A stretch of DNA of 64,000 bases from Paecilomyces variotii. Lineage: Eukaryota. Both the position numbers and the translations under genes were made by a program. A model generated the notes under the pieces. That model did no database searches, was not told the origin of the DNA, and worked only from the letters and a program-made list of their open reading frames with translations. The DNA lies in the NCBI GenBank assembly GCA_004022145.1, contig RCNU01000007.1. One strand, 5' to 3'. Within the stretch, counting starts at the first letter, position 1; every line of letters begins with the position of its first letter. Below are positions 51,355 through 63,797 of this stretch, piece after piece.

Positions 51355-52448
51355 ACCGTCCTGGCTGTGGACTGGAAGCCCTAGCGAGTATGCAGGGGCC
51401 TTTATGCTGAAGTGTGAACGATAGCTTGTAGCAATGGGCTTGGTTCTATTCAAAGGTGATATTCATCACTTGGCGTGATCAGCACCTGTTTCATTTAATT
51501 GGTGACCATGTGGGGTGCGAACAAGGCAAGGAACAGTGTACAAATAGCGATGCAAGTATTTTCTCAAAAATAAGTCAAAAGGCTTTTTCTCTTCTCCGAA
51601 GACGTCCCATAATGACAATCCCTGTAGACGTATGTCAATTCTATATCTAGCCGGGTGATGTTCTAAAGTAGCCTGCGGTAAAAACTCGTGTGCTACAGGA
51701 CGCCCTGAGGGTAAAAAGTGGAATTAATATGTCCTTGAGCACGAAGCGTACTATTTGAGTTTTCTACTTCACAATTCTAGCCCTTCTAGAGTAGACAGTC
51801 CCTTTCATATGGACTCAGAGATGCCCGGAGCCATACAAGCAAGCTCCCTAGAATCCGACACTTCCAACGCTGCCAAAGATAGTCTAGCTGGTTATGAAAT
51901 CGGAGGGACTACTTTGATAGAGGGTGTGACAGCCAATACTGGAAAAAAGAAATAAACCGATTTCATTCCATTCACCCACATAGAAAAAGTATGTAGTACT
52001 GCGTACAAAGATTTCCAGATAAGCGGATCTCATCTATGGATCTACCTATTACTATCAGATAAGAGGGTAAGAAAGGAAATGCAAAGAAAAGAGAAAAAAG
52101 AGAAAGTTATATATCGGAAGTCGACTAGACGACTCGACCAAAAAGGAGAACTCCTCAGAGGTCTGGTCCTAGCTGGATCTAGCATTATATAAAATGTTTT
52201 TTTTTTCGACTGGCGTGTCATTAAGAGTGTATCTGGATATGTCCTAATACTTGTTGGACAGGATTATCCTCTAGAGCCTCTCTACCTTTAATCCACGAAG
52301 CTCCTGGAAGACGGTGATCATTTCCTATACAGATGAAATGGGAATAGATAGAGGTACAGGAAAAGGTAGATTGAAGATCAGGAAAAATCATACACTAGGT
52401 CTCATATCTTGCTACTTTCTTTCATTGACACGCATGGCTTGATATGGT

Positions 52449-53446
52449 TTACCGCTGGAGACCGAAGTCAAGCTTAGGAGCAGGCGGGGAGACCTCCATG
52501 ACTGCAGGACCAGCAATAACGGCGCCATCAGAAACTGTGCCTGAAACTTTTGTGTTTGTCAACATGACAAAGGTTTGGCCCTGGGCCTCCGGTGGGATCA
52601 CAGCCGAGACTAATCCTTGAGAGATCTCAGCTTGGACGCTGACGGTCTCGAGACCACTGACAAAGGTGACGAATGTCTGTTCTCCAAGTTGCACGGACGG
52701 GTCGACGGTGAGTGCTGCAGTCTGTCCTGCGGTGGCCATTTTCTGGTCCCCTGCCATCTGGAGAGATGGGAATGCCTTGAAGGGAAGAGGAGGATTGGTC
52801 GAAGGACATGACTTGATGAAGGTCGAAGCAATTGTAAAAATGGAGTTCGGGGATGCAGCAGTACCGGCAATATTGGCTGAAGCGACTTCGAAGAGGGCAC
52901 TTCGTATGACGGACTGATGGAGGCCTTCAGCGACAAGGATGGCGCCGGCTGCAGCGAGAATATCTTTGGATGAAATGACAGGCGCTCCTCCTAAGTAGGC
53001 AGACACACCAACTCCCTCGAGGACAGATGCTAGGGACACGAAGCTCGAGACATCGGTGAAGGGGAAATTGTATTCGCACGCCGCCACGGGTTGACCTCCA
53101 GCGGCAGAAATTGATTGTTCAAGGAACTGGACGTGGGCTTCTTCATCATGCGCGACAAACAACATCTGTTCGAACGTTGCTGCAGAGACTCCAGCAGTGA
53201 GAAAGTCTACTTCACTGAAGCTGCTAAGAGCAGTTTTGTAGAAAACATTCTCGAGATGTTCAAGCTGGGACCAATCAGTACTTTTCATCATGATCAGTTG
53301 CATTCAAGGACACCCACAGTCAACGCAAATTGAAGCACGTCAAGATCTGTTACCCCTTCTTGACGAGTCTCCAATGGTGCAGGCGCAGAGAAGACACCAG
53401 ATGCCAGAATGGCAGCGAGCACAGCTCGGGAAGAAGAGAACTTCAT
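52449..53446 (-). CDS. Secreted ferritin-like domain protein, Rds1/LsdA-like; exons 53446-53318, 53264-52449
   Basis: Signal peptide MKFSSSRAVLAAILASGVFSAPA, DLDVLQFALT|LEHLENVFY, DEEAHVQFL, CEYNFP, ASVLEGVGVSAYLG, FIKSCPSTNPPLPFKAFP. Confidence 0.88.
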
Positions 53447-55625
53447 ATTCGTTAAATATCAATGAATGACAGGGGAAAAAAATAACCACAGACGGTATTT
53501 ACAGCAATAAAGATAGGATGAAATGCCCAGCACTTCTGAAGAAAGGAAAAGTGAGTGAATAGAAGAGTGGAGAAGCCCTAGTATTTAAACCGCTATGTTG
53601 CAGCTTAAATTTATAGAGGGCAGCTGGGAGATCGTCCCTTTTGAAGACGCACGCATTTTCTCGTTCGGATCTACGAGGAACCGAAAAGGGTCCTGGAGAT
53701 CGTGGTCTGTGCTTCATAAAATTGAGCTTATATACTCCGTACGGAGTAGGTATCGAGAGATACTTGCTTGGGACACCATACTGCTTTTTTGAAACAGGGC
53801 TTGTAGTCCAGATTTCCCGTTTTGGTAATTTGAGACGTTCAGTGTAGCTTCTATGGAAGCCAAGACTTCCTGCCAAGGGATGAGCGTCCGATGCATTGAC
53901 CGTGATAGTAGAGCAATGACACAGTCCGTCACCAGTGGTTATCAAACTAGTCGATGGGATCATCAGCCTAGCTATCTCGCTCGTTCGAGATGTGAATTCG
54001 CGAATAGAAGTCGGTCGTCAAGAAGAAACAAAAAGCTTCACGCCATGGGAAATCAGCCTCGCGTATACCACTGAGGTGTATTATGAGCACAGGACATGAT
54101 TATAGCCTGCATAAATTAGCTAGATAGCGAGCTCTTCGCGTGCGAGGGGCCTGTTTACTCAATGTAGGAATGCTGTTGAAGTCATTATAATATCAATCGA
54201 TATTATTTTCGTATGGAAAGGAGTGATGTGATAGACTAGTATTTCGCTTGGTAAAGAAGAATCGTTTGAGGTACAGATGAGTTCCAGCGGCGTTTCATAT
54301 ATCCCAGAATGGTATGGACAAGATGAAGTGTGCGCCAAATGTCGATCACTGATGCTAAAAGGGGAAAGTAGAAGTCGCACTATTCCCATCGAGTAATACT
54401 CCAGGTGCTATTCTTTCCTCATTCAGCATTCAAGCATTGAGGGTTTCTTGACCGTCAGGGTTGGGTTCGTGGCGGTGACAGCCCGAGAGCCTCCTTATCT
54501 CCTAGTGTAAGGCCAAGAGCTTGATCTTGAGTCCTAAAAAGCGATATCAAACAGCCACAATGATTAGTACTCTGTAAAGGTGAGATCGATATCGCTGGTT
54601 TGGGGAACATGAATCACATCATGGTCCTTGCCACTTAATCACTCCCACTTTGATTATCGCGAGCTCTTCAATGGTGTTTGAGGATGCTATGTAGTTGTCA
54701 GTGTCATTTGGACCTGCTGTCTCGAATAGTTAGTCTAGAAACCAAAGTGTCTTCATCGGTACTGCAGAATGGAAGACACAGTGTAACAGAGAGTGCATGT
54801 GTTTATCCTGCGGTCCTAGATTGAGTCTATCTAGGTAGGTATCGAGGGCAAGCCCGTAGCCTCTAGAGGAACCCGTATTTGGAATGGACTGGCTGTGGTT
54901 TAGTTACTGCTCTATCCTTATATGATTTTTGACTGATGGCTAGAGCTTCGTCTCTGCGATTTCAAGCATATATTTGGCGCAGGAGGCACGAAACGACCGC
55001 TGTGGTTGGGCTGAAAGTTGCGAGCAAATATGTAGTGGAACCATACTTAAGATATCCCACCGCTTCACAGATATTTGCGGTATAAAATGTGGAGAGTGCC
55101 AATGTGACCAGGCAGCTTGGATTCAGAGGGCAGATACGATCTGGAACCATCCGTATGAAATCGAGACTGGCGGTTGGGCGGATTCTCTCATATGCAGATC
55201 TGACCTGCATCCTGTATATAGAGTGTGATCGAAGATGGTATGTGGTTATCATCGCGGAAGCCTCCCACGCACGGTCTGAGATCCCAGATGCGTTGTTATG
55301 AATAATGAAATAACGACGTGTAAGATTAAAACTGCCTGAAGGATAATGAAAGACAATCTCTCCATCGAGCAATAACATTCGATACTCTTTGATATCTGGA
55401 GCTGTCTGCTTCAGAAAGTAGTCTCCGAGGGGCAAAAGTCCACGGGGTTCCACTCGGCGGGGAAAGTTTGGCGTCCCGCATTTTTTTTGTTCCAGATCTC
55501 GACGATTTGCATCGGTCGACATTCTACTTAGCTCGTTGGAACGTCTTCTTTTAACTAACGAAGCTTGCAGAAAGTTCACGCGCTGCCAGATCAGATTGTC
55601 TCTTACTGGCAGACTCAAAGCCATC

Positions 55626-56867
55626 ATGGCTGACCTCAATTCGGAGATCAATGTTGACATCGACGTCCAAGAGATTCTTCTCGCCGCGTCGCAACATGAC
55701 GTCCGCAAACTTCGCACTCTCATACGATCGAACAAGGTGCCCGATCCAGTGAATGTCAAAGACCCCGAGACCGGGTACAGTCCTCTCCATGCTGCGATTG
55801 CCGCCTGTGAGCCCGACGAACAGCCAACAAACGGGGAGCCGAATGGCGTCCAAGCAGACGACGCAGGAGACGAGGAACAACAAAAGACTCTAGAAGAGGG
55901 AAGGGATACTGTCAAATTCCTTCTACAGGAAGGAGCAATATGGAATGACCTGGACTTGAAGAACGAGACACCTGGTTGCTTGGCAAGACGGCTGGGGTTA
56001 ACGGACTTGTACGAGCTCATGGTCGACGCAGGTGTGCGGGCTGAGTTACTGCTCAACCGCCTGGAGGGCTACGAACGTCTCTCGGATGATGGGGAAGGAA
56101 ATGAAGGTGACGATACAGCAGAGGTTCCGGGTACCACGGCAGCCCCAACGGCTCCTGCTGCTTCAGAAGAGACCAGCCAGGAGGCAGGAGACTCGACCAG
56201 CGACCCAGACGTTACCAGTTCACGCTATCTACAGTCCAACTTGACTTTCCGGAATGACCGCCTGCTAGATGAAGATCAGAACGGGGTCATGATGGCTTGG
56301 GAATCCGATATTATGGCGAAGTCCGCTAAAAAGCTCTCACCCACCCCGGGTCTGCGTGTTCTCAACATTGGACACGGCATGGGCATTGTAGACGGATTTT
56401 TCCAAGAACAATCACCAGCCGCTCATCACATCATCGAGGCGCATCCGGAAGTTGTGGCGGAAATGAAGCGAAAGGGTTGGCACGAAAAACCTGGAGTGCA
56501 GATCCACCAAGGCCGCTGGCAAGATATCCTTCCCAGACTGGTCGAGCAAGGCGAGACCTTCGATGCCATTTACTACGACACGTTTGCTGAATCCTATGCT
56601 GATTTCCGGGACTTTATGTCTGAGCAAGTCATTGGGCTCTTAGAACCTACCGGACAGTTTGGCTTCTTCAATGGAATGGGTGCGGACCGACAAATTAGTT
56701 ACGATGTCTATCAGAAAGTCGTCGAGATGGATTTGTTTGAGGCAGGATTCGATGTGGACTGGGAGGAAATCCAGGTACCCAAGTTGGAAGGGGAATGGAG
56801 TGGTGTCCGCAGGCCTTACTGGGTAGTGGATAACTACCGGCTGCCTACCTGCCGCTATATGGATTAA
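55626..56867 (+). CDS. rmt2: Protein arginine N-methyltransferase 2 (ankyrin plus GAMT-like)
   Basis: Ankyrin-like GYSPLHAAI and LLQEGAIWN, AGVRAELLL, GVMMAWE, VLNIGHGMGIVD, IIEAHP, FDAIYYDTFAE, FFNGMGAD. Confidence 0.93.
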   Translation: MADLNSEINVDIDVQEILLAASQHDVRKLRTLIRSNKVPDPVNVKDPETGYSPLHAAIAACEPDEQPTNGEPNGVQADDAGDEEQQKTLEEGRDTVKFLLQEGAIWNDLDLKNETPGCLARRLGLTDLYELMVDAGVRAELLLNRLEGYERLSDDGEGNEGDDTAEVPGTTAAPTAPAASEETSQEAGDSTSDPDVTSSRYLQSNLTFRNDRLLDEDQNGVMMAWESDIMAKSAKKLSPTPGLRVLNIGHGMGIVDGFFQEQSPAAHHIIEAHPEVVAEMKRKGWHEKPGVQIHQGRWQDILPRLVEQGETFDAIYYDTFAESYADFRDFMSEQVIGLLEPTGQFGFFNGMGADRQISYDVYQKVVEMDLFEAGFDVDWEEIQVPKLEGEWSGVRRPYWVVDNYRLPTCRYMD

Positions 56868-58049
56868 CGTCAAGATACCCCAAAAAACAAACCACAAAAG
56901 AAATAGAATATGTTCGTTTCGTTGGACAGTGACCAACAGTCTCGTGTCAACGTCAGCACCTAATCATGCGACTCTAGGCGAAATCCTCCGGGTCACTATC
57001 GCAAGCTAGGCACCAGAACTGTTTTTCTCAAGCATATATGCTTTGTGCGCTGTTCTACCGACTTTCATGTTGGCATTTTCAGATGTCATCTCACTGACTG
57101 AACTGGTTCGATATATGCAGTCAATGCACGTGCTTTAGCTCATACCCCGATGCGTAATGGCAAGCTCTCGCTGGTTACCCGATTTTTATGGGAGCCATAA
57201 TCAAGAACAGCTACCGGTTAATGTCCGCAAATGTATCTTGTGATAACCAGGACCGAATTCTCGAATAGCATTGCGGCCTCCGGCTACGATCAAAAAGGGA
57301 ACCCCGGAATCCAGTACGCAATATTTCCGAGAATCAGATTGTGTTAATGAACCAGCTAGAGCTTTGAAGCTACTTTGAATATCTACCCAGTAGCTTGATT
57401 CGGCTGTCAACGTACAGGCAACCTGCCGGTGCAGGTGCTTGGTAATTTCTCGGATAAATCAGCAATGCCTATTTCAGGCTTCCTGAAGGATATACGCTTC
57501 GGTGGCGCTTAGGGAACGAAAAACTTTTCAAGCGTCACTCTCATATCAAATGGAACATGTTTTGGCAGTGGCTTGGCGAAGGCTTGTGCATCGACGTTGG
57601 CGGAGAAGACCGGATGTCTAGCATGGCCAGAAGCAACATGTCAGTTGACCTGACCAGGAGACTGGGTGGTTGATTCTGAGTTATCAGCTCTGTGCGCATT
57701 CCAAAGAGATACAAATGTCTTCGAGTCGCAGACACTTTGGTCCATTCTGCCTCCATGGGCCTGTTAACAGGATACGTAATTTTACCACAACACCAAAGAC
57801 TGTTAGACATCAGAGGAAAAAGAGACATTGGACTGCGATTTCAGTCTTCCGTCAATACTTCTACCTTGCTACAAGACACACTACACAGATCACTTCCCAG
57901 TTGCATCCGGTGCAGCCCCGGCTTGGCCCGCCTCGTGCTATTATGACATGGCATTTGCATGAGGTTCAAAGCTCAGCACTGTGAAACGGCACGTCATAGC
58001 CCATGAGAGGTACCTTGAAAGACCTTAACTGTCAAAGAACTTTTGTTTA

Positions 58050-58895
58050 GGCTAAAATCGGACCCGCTGAAGCTACTTGAGCGTCAATTGAAGCTCCGAG
58101 AAATTTGTGCCTAGCTACTCGGTATCAATCGTTCTAGGACCTGACAAGAATTCTGGTTTCTGTTCAATCACCGGATACTTAGATGCACCTGCAGTCAACC
58201 ACATCAAAGTTTCTCTACTGTTGAAACAAACCCCTAGGATGAGCAAGGCGGTCCTGCTGTTCTGACCTAGCTCCGTGGTTATACTAAAGTCGTCGGATCT
58301 GCCGACAACTTTATTTCCCCAGTTGTCTTCTTCCAGGATCCACGGATAAAATACACAGCTTGCCCGTGGAGACCCCACACCGTATTTCCCCGCATCCTTC
58401 GATCCGTTCAGTCCTGTGGCTGAGATACCGATGTTCCGCGAGCTGGGATCTCCTCGTGTCCGAATGATGTTCTGTAAAGTGCTACTTCTCTCAGAGCCTC
58501 CAGTTTGCATTCAGAATAATCGCTCCCAGCAAAAATTTCTCTCTCGCCATGTACTCTACGATATTGGGGTTATTCCGTTCTGCAAAGAGCCTTGGGCTCT
58601 TAGTGTAGGACGCTAATTCTGGGGAAGACCGAAGAACGTCCGCCATCTCGCCATTCTCGGAGGTGGGAGATGGAAGCCAGGGAAATTCCTCCATTTCTGC
58701 ACGCGTTCTCGCGTGGCCATGATTCAGCCTAAATCGCAGGCACTCCGATCCCCTGCCTACATTCGGTCGGATATCGGCCAGAGACAGGAGATCGACTCGA
58801 CGACCTTCTATACTTGGATGAGCCCCATGAGTCCTGTGGGGTCCAGATGTATTTCTTTTCCAAAGTGAGAGCCTGCAGTCTGTGTAATATAAATA
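58050..58895 (+). promoter_or_regulatory. xlnD promoter: candidate XlnR sites, CreA sites and TATA box
   Basis: XlnR-type: GGCTAAA 58050, CGGATAAA 58343, GGCTGA 58418 and 58724 (reverse). CreA-type SYGGRG at 58366, 58373 (rev), 58388 (rev), 58619, 58836. TATAAATA at 58888. Confidence 0.55.
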
Positions 58896-58994
58896 CCCAT
58901 GATGGAGAGCTCCATGGACCTCGAAATAGAGAAGACGCAGTCGTGTGCTCTGGATTAACACCATTGACGCCTGATGGTCCACGAGTTACATGCC

Positions 58995-61376
58995 ATGGCG
59001 TCCATCGGCTCTCTTCTCACCGTTCTGGCGGCTCTGGCGCCGACCACACTGGCTCAGGCCAACACCTCTTATGTGAACTATAGCGTCCAGGCGCAGCCAG
59101 ATCTGACGCCTCGGACCCTGGCCACGATCGATCTCTCCTTCCCCGACTGCACCAATGGGCCATTGAGCACGAATCTCGTCTGCAACACCTCGGCGACCCC
59201 GTGGGACCGCGCGAGTGCTCTAATCTCTCTTTTCACGCTCGAGGAGCTGGTTAACAACACCGGTAACACGGCTCCTGGTGTCCCGCGTCTGGGTCTGCCT
59301 CCCTATCAAGTGTGGAATGAAGCCCTGCACGGATTGGACCGCGCAAACTTCACCCCATCAGGGGACTACAGCTGGGCGACGTCCTTCCCGATGCCCATCC
59401 TGTCTATGGCCGCGCTGAACCGGACTCTGATCAACCAAATCGCATCTATCATCGCAATTCAGGGTCGTGCATTCAACAACGCCGGACGGTATGGTTTGGA
59501 CAGCTATGCTCCGAACATCAACGGTTTCCGCAGCCCTATGTGGGGACGTGGACAGGAGACTCCTGGTGAAGACGCACAGTATCTGAGCGCCGTGTATGCT
59601 TATGAGTACATCACCGGTTTGCAAGGTTTGGACGAGGAACACCAGAAATTGCTGGCCACGGCGAAGCACTTTGCCGGTTATGACCTGGAGAACTGGGACG
59701 GCCACTCTCGCTTGGGTAATGATCTCAACATCTCGCAGCAAGATCTTGCCGAGTACTACACGCCCCAGTTCCTGGCTGCGTCACGGTATGCCAAGGTGCG
59801 CAGCTTCATGTGCTCCTACAATGCAGTCAATGGCGTTCCCAGCTGCGCCAATCCGTGGTTGCTGCAGACGCTGCTCCGTGAGTCCTTTGATTTCGTTGAT
59901 GATGGTTATGTCTCTTCCGACTGTGATGCCGTCTACAACGTCTTCAACCCTCACGAATACGCCGGAAACCAGACCGCTGCTGCTGCTGTCTCCCTTCTTG
60001 CAGGTACTGATATTGACTGCGGAACCGATTATCCCTGGTTTTTGAACGAATCCTTCTACGAGGGACGCGTCTCGCGCGGCGACATCGAGAAGAGCGTCAT
60101 CCGTTTGTATTCGAATCTGGTCCGTGTGGGCTATTTCGATGGCAACGATACTGAATACCGGAAGCTGGATTGGAATGATGTCCTGAAGACCGATGCACAG
60201 AACATCTCATATGAGGCTGCAGTGGAAGGAATTGTCCTTCTTAAGAATGACGGCACGCTGCCGCTATCCAAGAAGGTGCGCAGCGTCGCGCTCATCGGCC
60301 CATGGGCAAATGCTACTACCCAGCTTCAAGGAAACTACTTCGGACCTGCCCCCTACCTGGTTGGTCCCCTGGCAGCGTTCCAGGAGACCTCGCTGCAAAT
60401 TAATTATGCTTTCGGGACCAACATCTCCTCTAACTCCACCGAGCAATTTGCCGAGGCCATCAGCGCAGCTAAGAAGTCAGACGTTGTCGTCTTTGCCGGT
60501 GGTATTGATAACACCATTGAGGCGGAGGGCATAGACCGCATGAACATCACCTGGCCCGGAAACCAGCTCACTCTCATTGAAGAGCTTAGCAAGCTCAACA
60601 AGCCGCTGGTAGTTTTGCAGATGGGTGGTGGCCAGGTGGACTCCTCTTCGCTGAAGGAGAACCCGAAGGTCAACTCCCTCGTCTGGGGTGGCTACCCCGG
60701 CCAGGCTGGTGGATATGCTCTGGTCGATATTCTCACCGGCAAGCGTGCACCCGCCGGTCGCCTCGTCACCACACAGTATCCCGCGGAATATGCCACCCAG
60801 TTTCCCGCGACGGATATGAGCCTGCGTCCCGAGGGCAGCAACCCCGGACAGACTTACATGTGGTACACTGGCAAGCCTGTCTACGAATTCGGTAGCGGTC
60901 TGTTCTACACTACCTTCTCCGTCTCTGAGTCCTCGTCAAGCACCAAGAGTTTGAGCGTGAGGGGAGGCAACAGCTACAACATTGTCGACCTTCTGTCACA
61001 GTCCCATGCGGGCTATGAGTACATTGAACAAGTCCCCTTCCTCAACTTCACCGTCACTGTGAAGAACACCGGAAAGACCGCTTCCCCTTACTCCGCCATG
61101 CTCTTCGCTAACACCACGAACGCCGGACCTGCTCCATACCCCAACAAGTGGCTCGTCGGTTTTGATCGCCTGCCAGAGATTAACCCCGGAGAGTCTACCA
61201 CGCTGACCATTCCTGTGGCTATTGGTAGCGTGGCGAGAACCGACGAGGACGGAAACAGGATCCTTTACCCTGGAACGTATGATCTGGCGCTCAACAATGA
61301 GCGTGATGCCGTTGTCAGCTTCACTTTCACTGGTGATGCTACTGTGCTGGAGAGGTGGCCCAGTCCTAGCTCCTAA
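58995..61376 (+). CDS. xlnD: Secreted GH3 exo-1,4-beta-xylosidase
   Basis: Signal peptide, QVWNEALHG, ATSFP, WGRGQETPGED, KHFAGYD, MCSYNAVNGVPSC, nucleophile motif SSDCDAV, GIVLLKND, YPGQAGG, C-terminal Fn3-like KWLVGFDRL. Confidence 0.93.
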   Translation: MASIGSLLTVLAALAPTTLAQANTSYVNYSVQAQPDLTPRTLATIDLSFPDCTNGPLSTNLVCNTSATPWDRASALISLFTLEELVNNTGNTAPGVPRLGLPPYQVWNEALHGLDRANFTPSGDYSWATSFPMPILSMAALNRTLINQIASIIAIQGRAFNNAGRYGLDSYAPNINGFRSPMWGRGQETPGEDAQYLSAVYAYEYITGLQGLDEEHQKLLATAKHFAGYDLENWDGHSRLGNDLNISQQDLAEYYTPQFLAASRYAKVRSFMCSYNAVNGVPSCANPWLLQTLLRESFDFVDDGYVSSDCDAVYNVFNPHEYAGNQTAAAAVSLLAGTDIDCGTDYPWFLNESFYEGRVSRGDIEKSVIRLYSNLVRVGYFDGNDTEYRKLDWNDVLKTDAQNISYEAAVEGIVLLKNDGTLPLSKKVRSVALIGPWANATTQLQGNYFGPAPYLVGPLAAFQETSLQINYAFGTNISSNSTEQFAEAISAAKKSDVVVFAGGIDNTIEAEGIDRMNITWPGNQLTLIEELSKLNKPLVVLQMGGGQVDSSSLKENPKVNSLVWGGYPGQAGGYALVDILTGKRAPAGRLVTTQYPAEYATQFPATDMSLRPEGSNPGQTYMWYTGKPVYEFGSGLFYTTFSVSESSSSTKSLSVRGGNSYNIVDLLSQSHAGYEYIEQVPFLNFTVTVKNTGKTASPYSAMLFANTTNAGPAPYPNKWLVGFDRLPEINPGESTTLTIPVAIGSVARTDEDGNRILYPGTYDLALNNERDAVVSFTFTGDATVLERWPSPSS

Positions 61377-61859
61377 GTAAGAATTAGAAGTTGAAACGGG
61401 GCACGGCGGAGAAGAAACAGCATATATATAGTAAAAAATAAACCATTCAATGTTAATTAGACGAGTATCTCTATAATACTCGCATTACATACGTGCATAA
61501 CTTAATACAAAAAATTCCGACTCGTTCTCTTGTTTGCTTCTCAAGTACGATCCTTTATTCATCACACAGTAGGCAAAGAATTACCAGTATGCTGATCTCC
61601 TATAGAATGTAAACCCCCCTTAAAACTTGGACCATGTTCGCATACTTCATATAAAAGTTCAAGAAACATACAATGCGAGTCTGCCTGCTAGCCAGAAAAG
61701 GAACCCAATCTCAAGAATCCAGTAAATTCCCCTGTAGTAGTTAATCAGAGACCTGGAACAGATAGTAGCTTTGAGTGAAATTACAGATACTCGGTAATCA
61801 CCAACAGAGTAGGTCCCTTCACTCCCCTTTCCATAGGAATATCAAGTGAAGGCCGCAAA

Positions 61860-62288
61860 TACCCATCTACATCTCTATGAATGGAGAGAACGGAGAGTAA
61901 AACGACGTTTATTTCACTCTCTACCCCTCTATTTAAACCCCCATGAATCTTTCTCCGAGTTGCATTTAACTCTTTTCTCGTATACATATCTGCCGTTGGG
62001 TCGGCGGTATATATAACGTTATTTAATATGCCTGCTTCCTCGTTACGATAGTATGTTTAATGGATCAGTCCGGCCAAGGATCTGCCTACACCAGAGGATG
62101 TCGAGGAAATAATCAAACTGCCTGTTCCACGCATCAAGACATCCGTTGCCGGTCTCTTTTTCCTGGACCCGAACGACTACGAAGGAGTCGCAGAATCAAA
62201 ATGGCCCATCAAATATGGGATAGACGACTCGCAATTTGTGTATGACGAAGATACAGACACCTCCACTATGCACTGGCCGTATATCTGA
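61860..62288 (+). pseudogene. Probable degenerate gene relic
   Basis: The frame at 62061-62288 reads WISPAKDLPTPEDVEEIIKLPVPRIKTSVAGLFFLDPNDYEGVAESKWPIKYGIDDSQFVYDEDTDTSTMHWPYI*. It is preceded by in-frame TAG (62049) and TAA (62058), consistent with CAG/CAA C-to-T changes. Confidence 0.35.
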
Positions 62289-62859
62289 TAGCTTATGAAC
62301 TGCCATTCGATACCTAAGTGTTACAGAACTAGCAGCAGGCAGGTACGGCCACGCCCTGGGCAGGCCGGGGCCGGGACATCACATATACTTAGCCTAGTAT
62401 ATTAGCCTTCCCCTCCATAGAGAGGAATATCATCATCTTCATCATCCCACTGCGATCTTTCGTATCACTAAGTTTCATATGTTAATATCATTGAACTTAG
62501 GAGATGTCCACTACTGATGCCGCTGCTGATGCGGTCGTCCTGCTGCTTCCGAGACAGAGCACTCTGTTGACAGATCATATGAAGAAATGGTAATTTTCTC
62601 ATTGATCGATTTCCTTCAGGTGATATACTTGAAAATTTCTCATCGGTTCGGGAAGAGGATCATCTTCCCGCGGGTGATATATGTTCGGCAGACTCCGAGC
62701 TTAGGGTCCGGAGGATAATAATTCTTTCAATAATTCTTATAATTATTGCATTGCAGCACTTCTGCTTCCAGTCGATGCTCTCTTCAAGACCGTCCCTCCT
62801 TCGGTCACTCAAAATGCCATTTGGCTTCCTATTCTGATCCCCTTCTAAGCTTTGCTGGT

Positions 62860-63797
62860 TAGAGGGATTCTACAATTTCTTTCTAACTAGGAGTTAGAAA
62901 TTTAACTTATTAAGATCATTGGACATAATGCTTTTATAACTTTAAAGAAAAAATTAACTAAAAATAAGATAGATAGTATATTTCTATCTCTCCCTCTCTC
63001 TTTTTCTTTATATATATATATACTTATATATATAATTATTAACTGGCATATAGTCTATACTCTATTAGGCTTATAAAAATTAAATATATAATTTATATAT
63101 TTTAGAAGCTATACTTTATATAAATTAATAAGAATTATCTGCTCCTTATATATAGGATTATACTAGCAGAATATTAATATAATTCTTAATTATAAAGCAA
63201 TAAAATTTAAAATAATAAAAGGGAATATTTATAATATATACCCCTCTACTGTCCTAATAATACTTAACTATATATTATATTAAAGTCTATTAGCTAATAT
63301 CCTAATAAGAATTATCTTCCCTTAGGTATAGAATAAAACTACTCCCTTTATCTTTTATATAAAGATAAAAACTATATTAATACTAGTTCTTTATAATAGG
63401 TAGTTAGGTTTATTATTTATATATATAGATTTAATCTTTAAAAATATTACTATAACTCTATTATTCTTAAATATATATAGAGTATATATTTACTAGCCCC
63501 TAGAAGATAAAACCTAGGTATATATCTTTTATATATATTATATTAAGTATTAATATCTTATAGAGTATAAGAGTATATATATAAGAATATAATTATAATA
63601 TTCTTTTAATAAATTAACTCTATCTATATAAATAAATATATATTATATATTATATAGTATAAATAAGTCTTAATATAATATAGGTGTTTTATATATATTA
63701 ATTACAATATTAATTACTAATCTAAGTTAATATATTATTAAAGAGATTATATCTTTATTAAAAGATATATTTAATTTATTCTCCTATTTAAATTATA
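62860..63797. repeat. RIP-type AT-rich block (mutated repeat or transposon relic)
   Basis: Abrupt shift to very high AT with abundant TpA, very few CpA/TpG, and no CpG seen between ~62804 and 63824; no ORFs. Confidence 0.85.

Noticed and set aside
50965-51453. 162-aa minus-strand ORF, and similar antisense ORFs over the hrt3, rqc2 and xlnD genes
   Set aside because: Antisense shadows of well-supported genes.
54974-55228. Cys-rich 84-aa ORF, considered as a small secreted protein
   Set aside because: TTG start, no signal peptide, and no upstream exon that I could support.
54962-56056. 364-aa minus-strand ORF
   Set aside because: Overlaps rmt2 antisense for ~430 nt and has no recognisable motifs; most likely a chance open frame.
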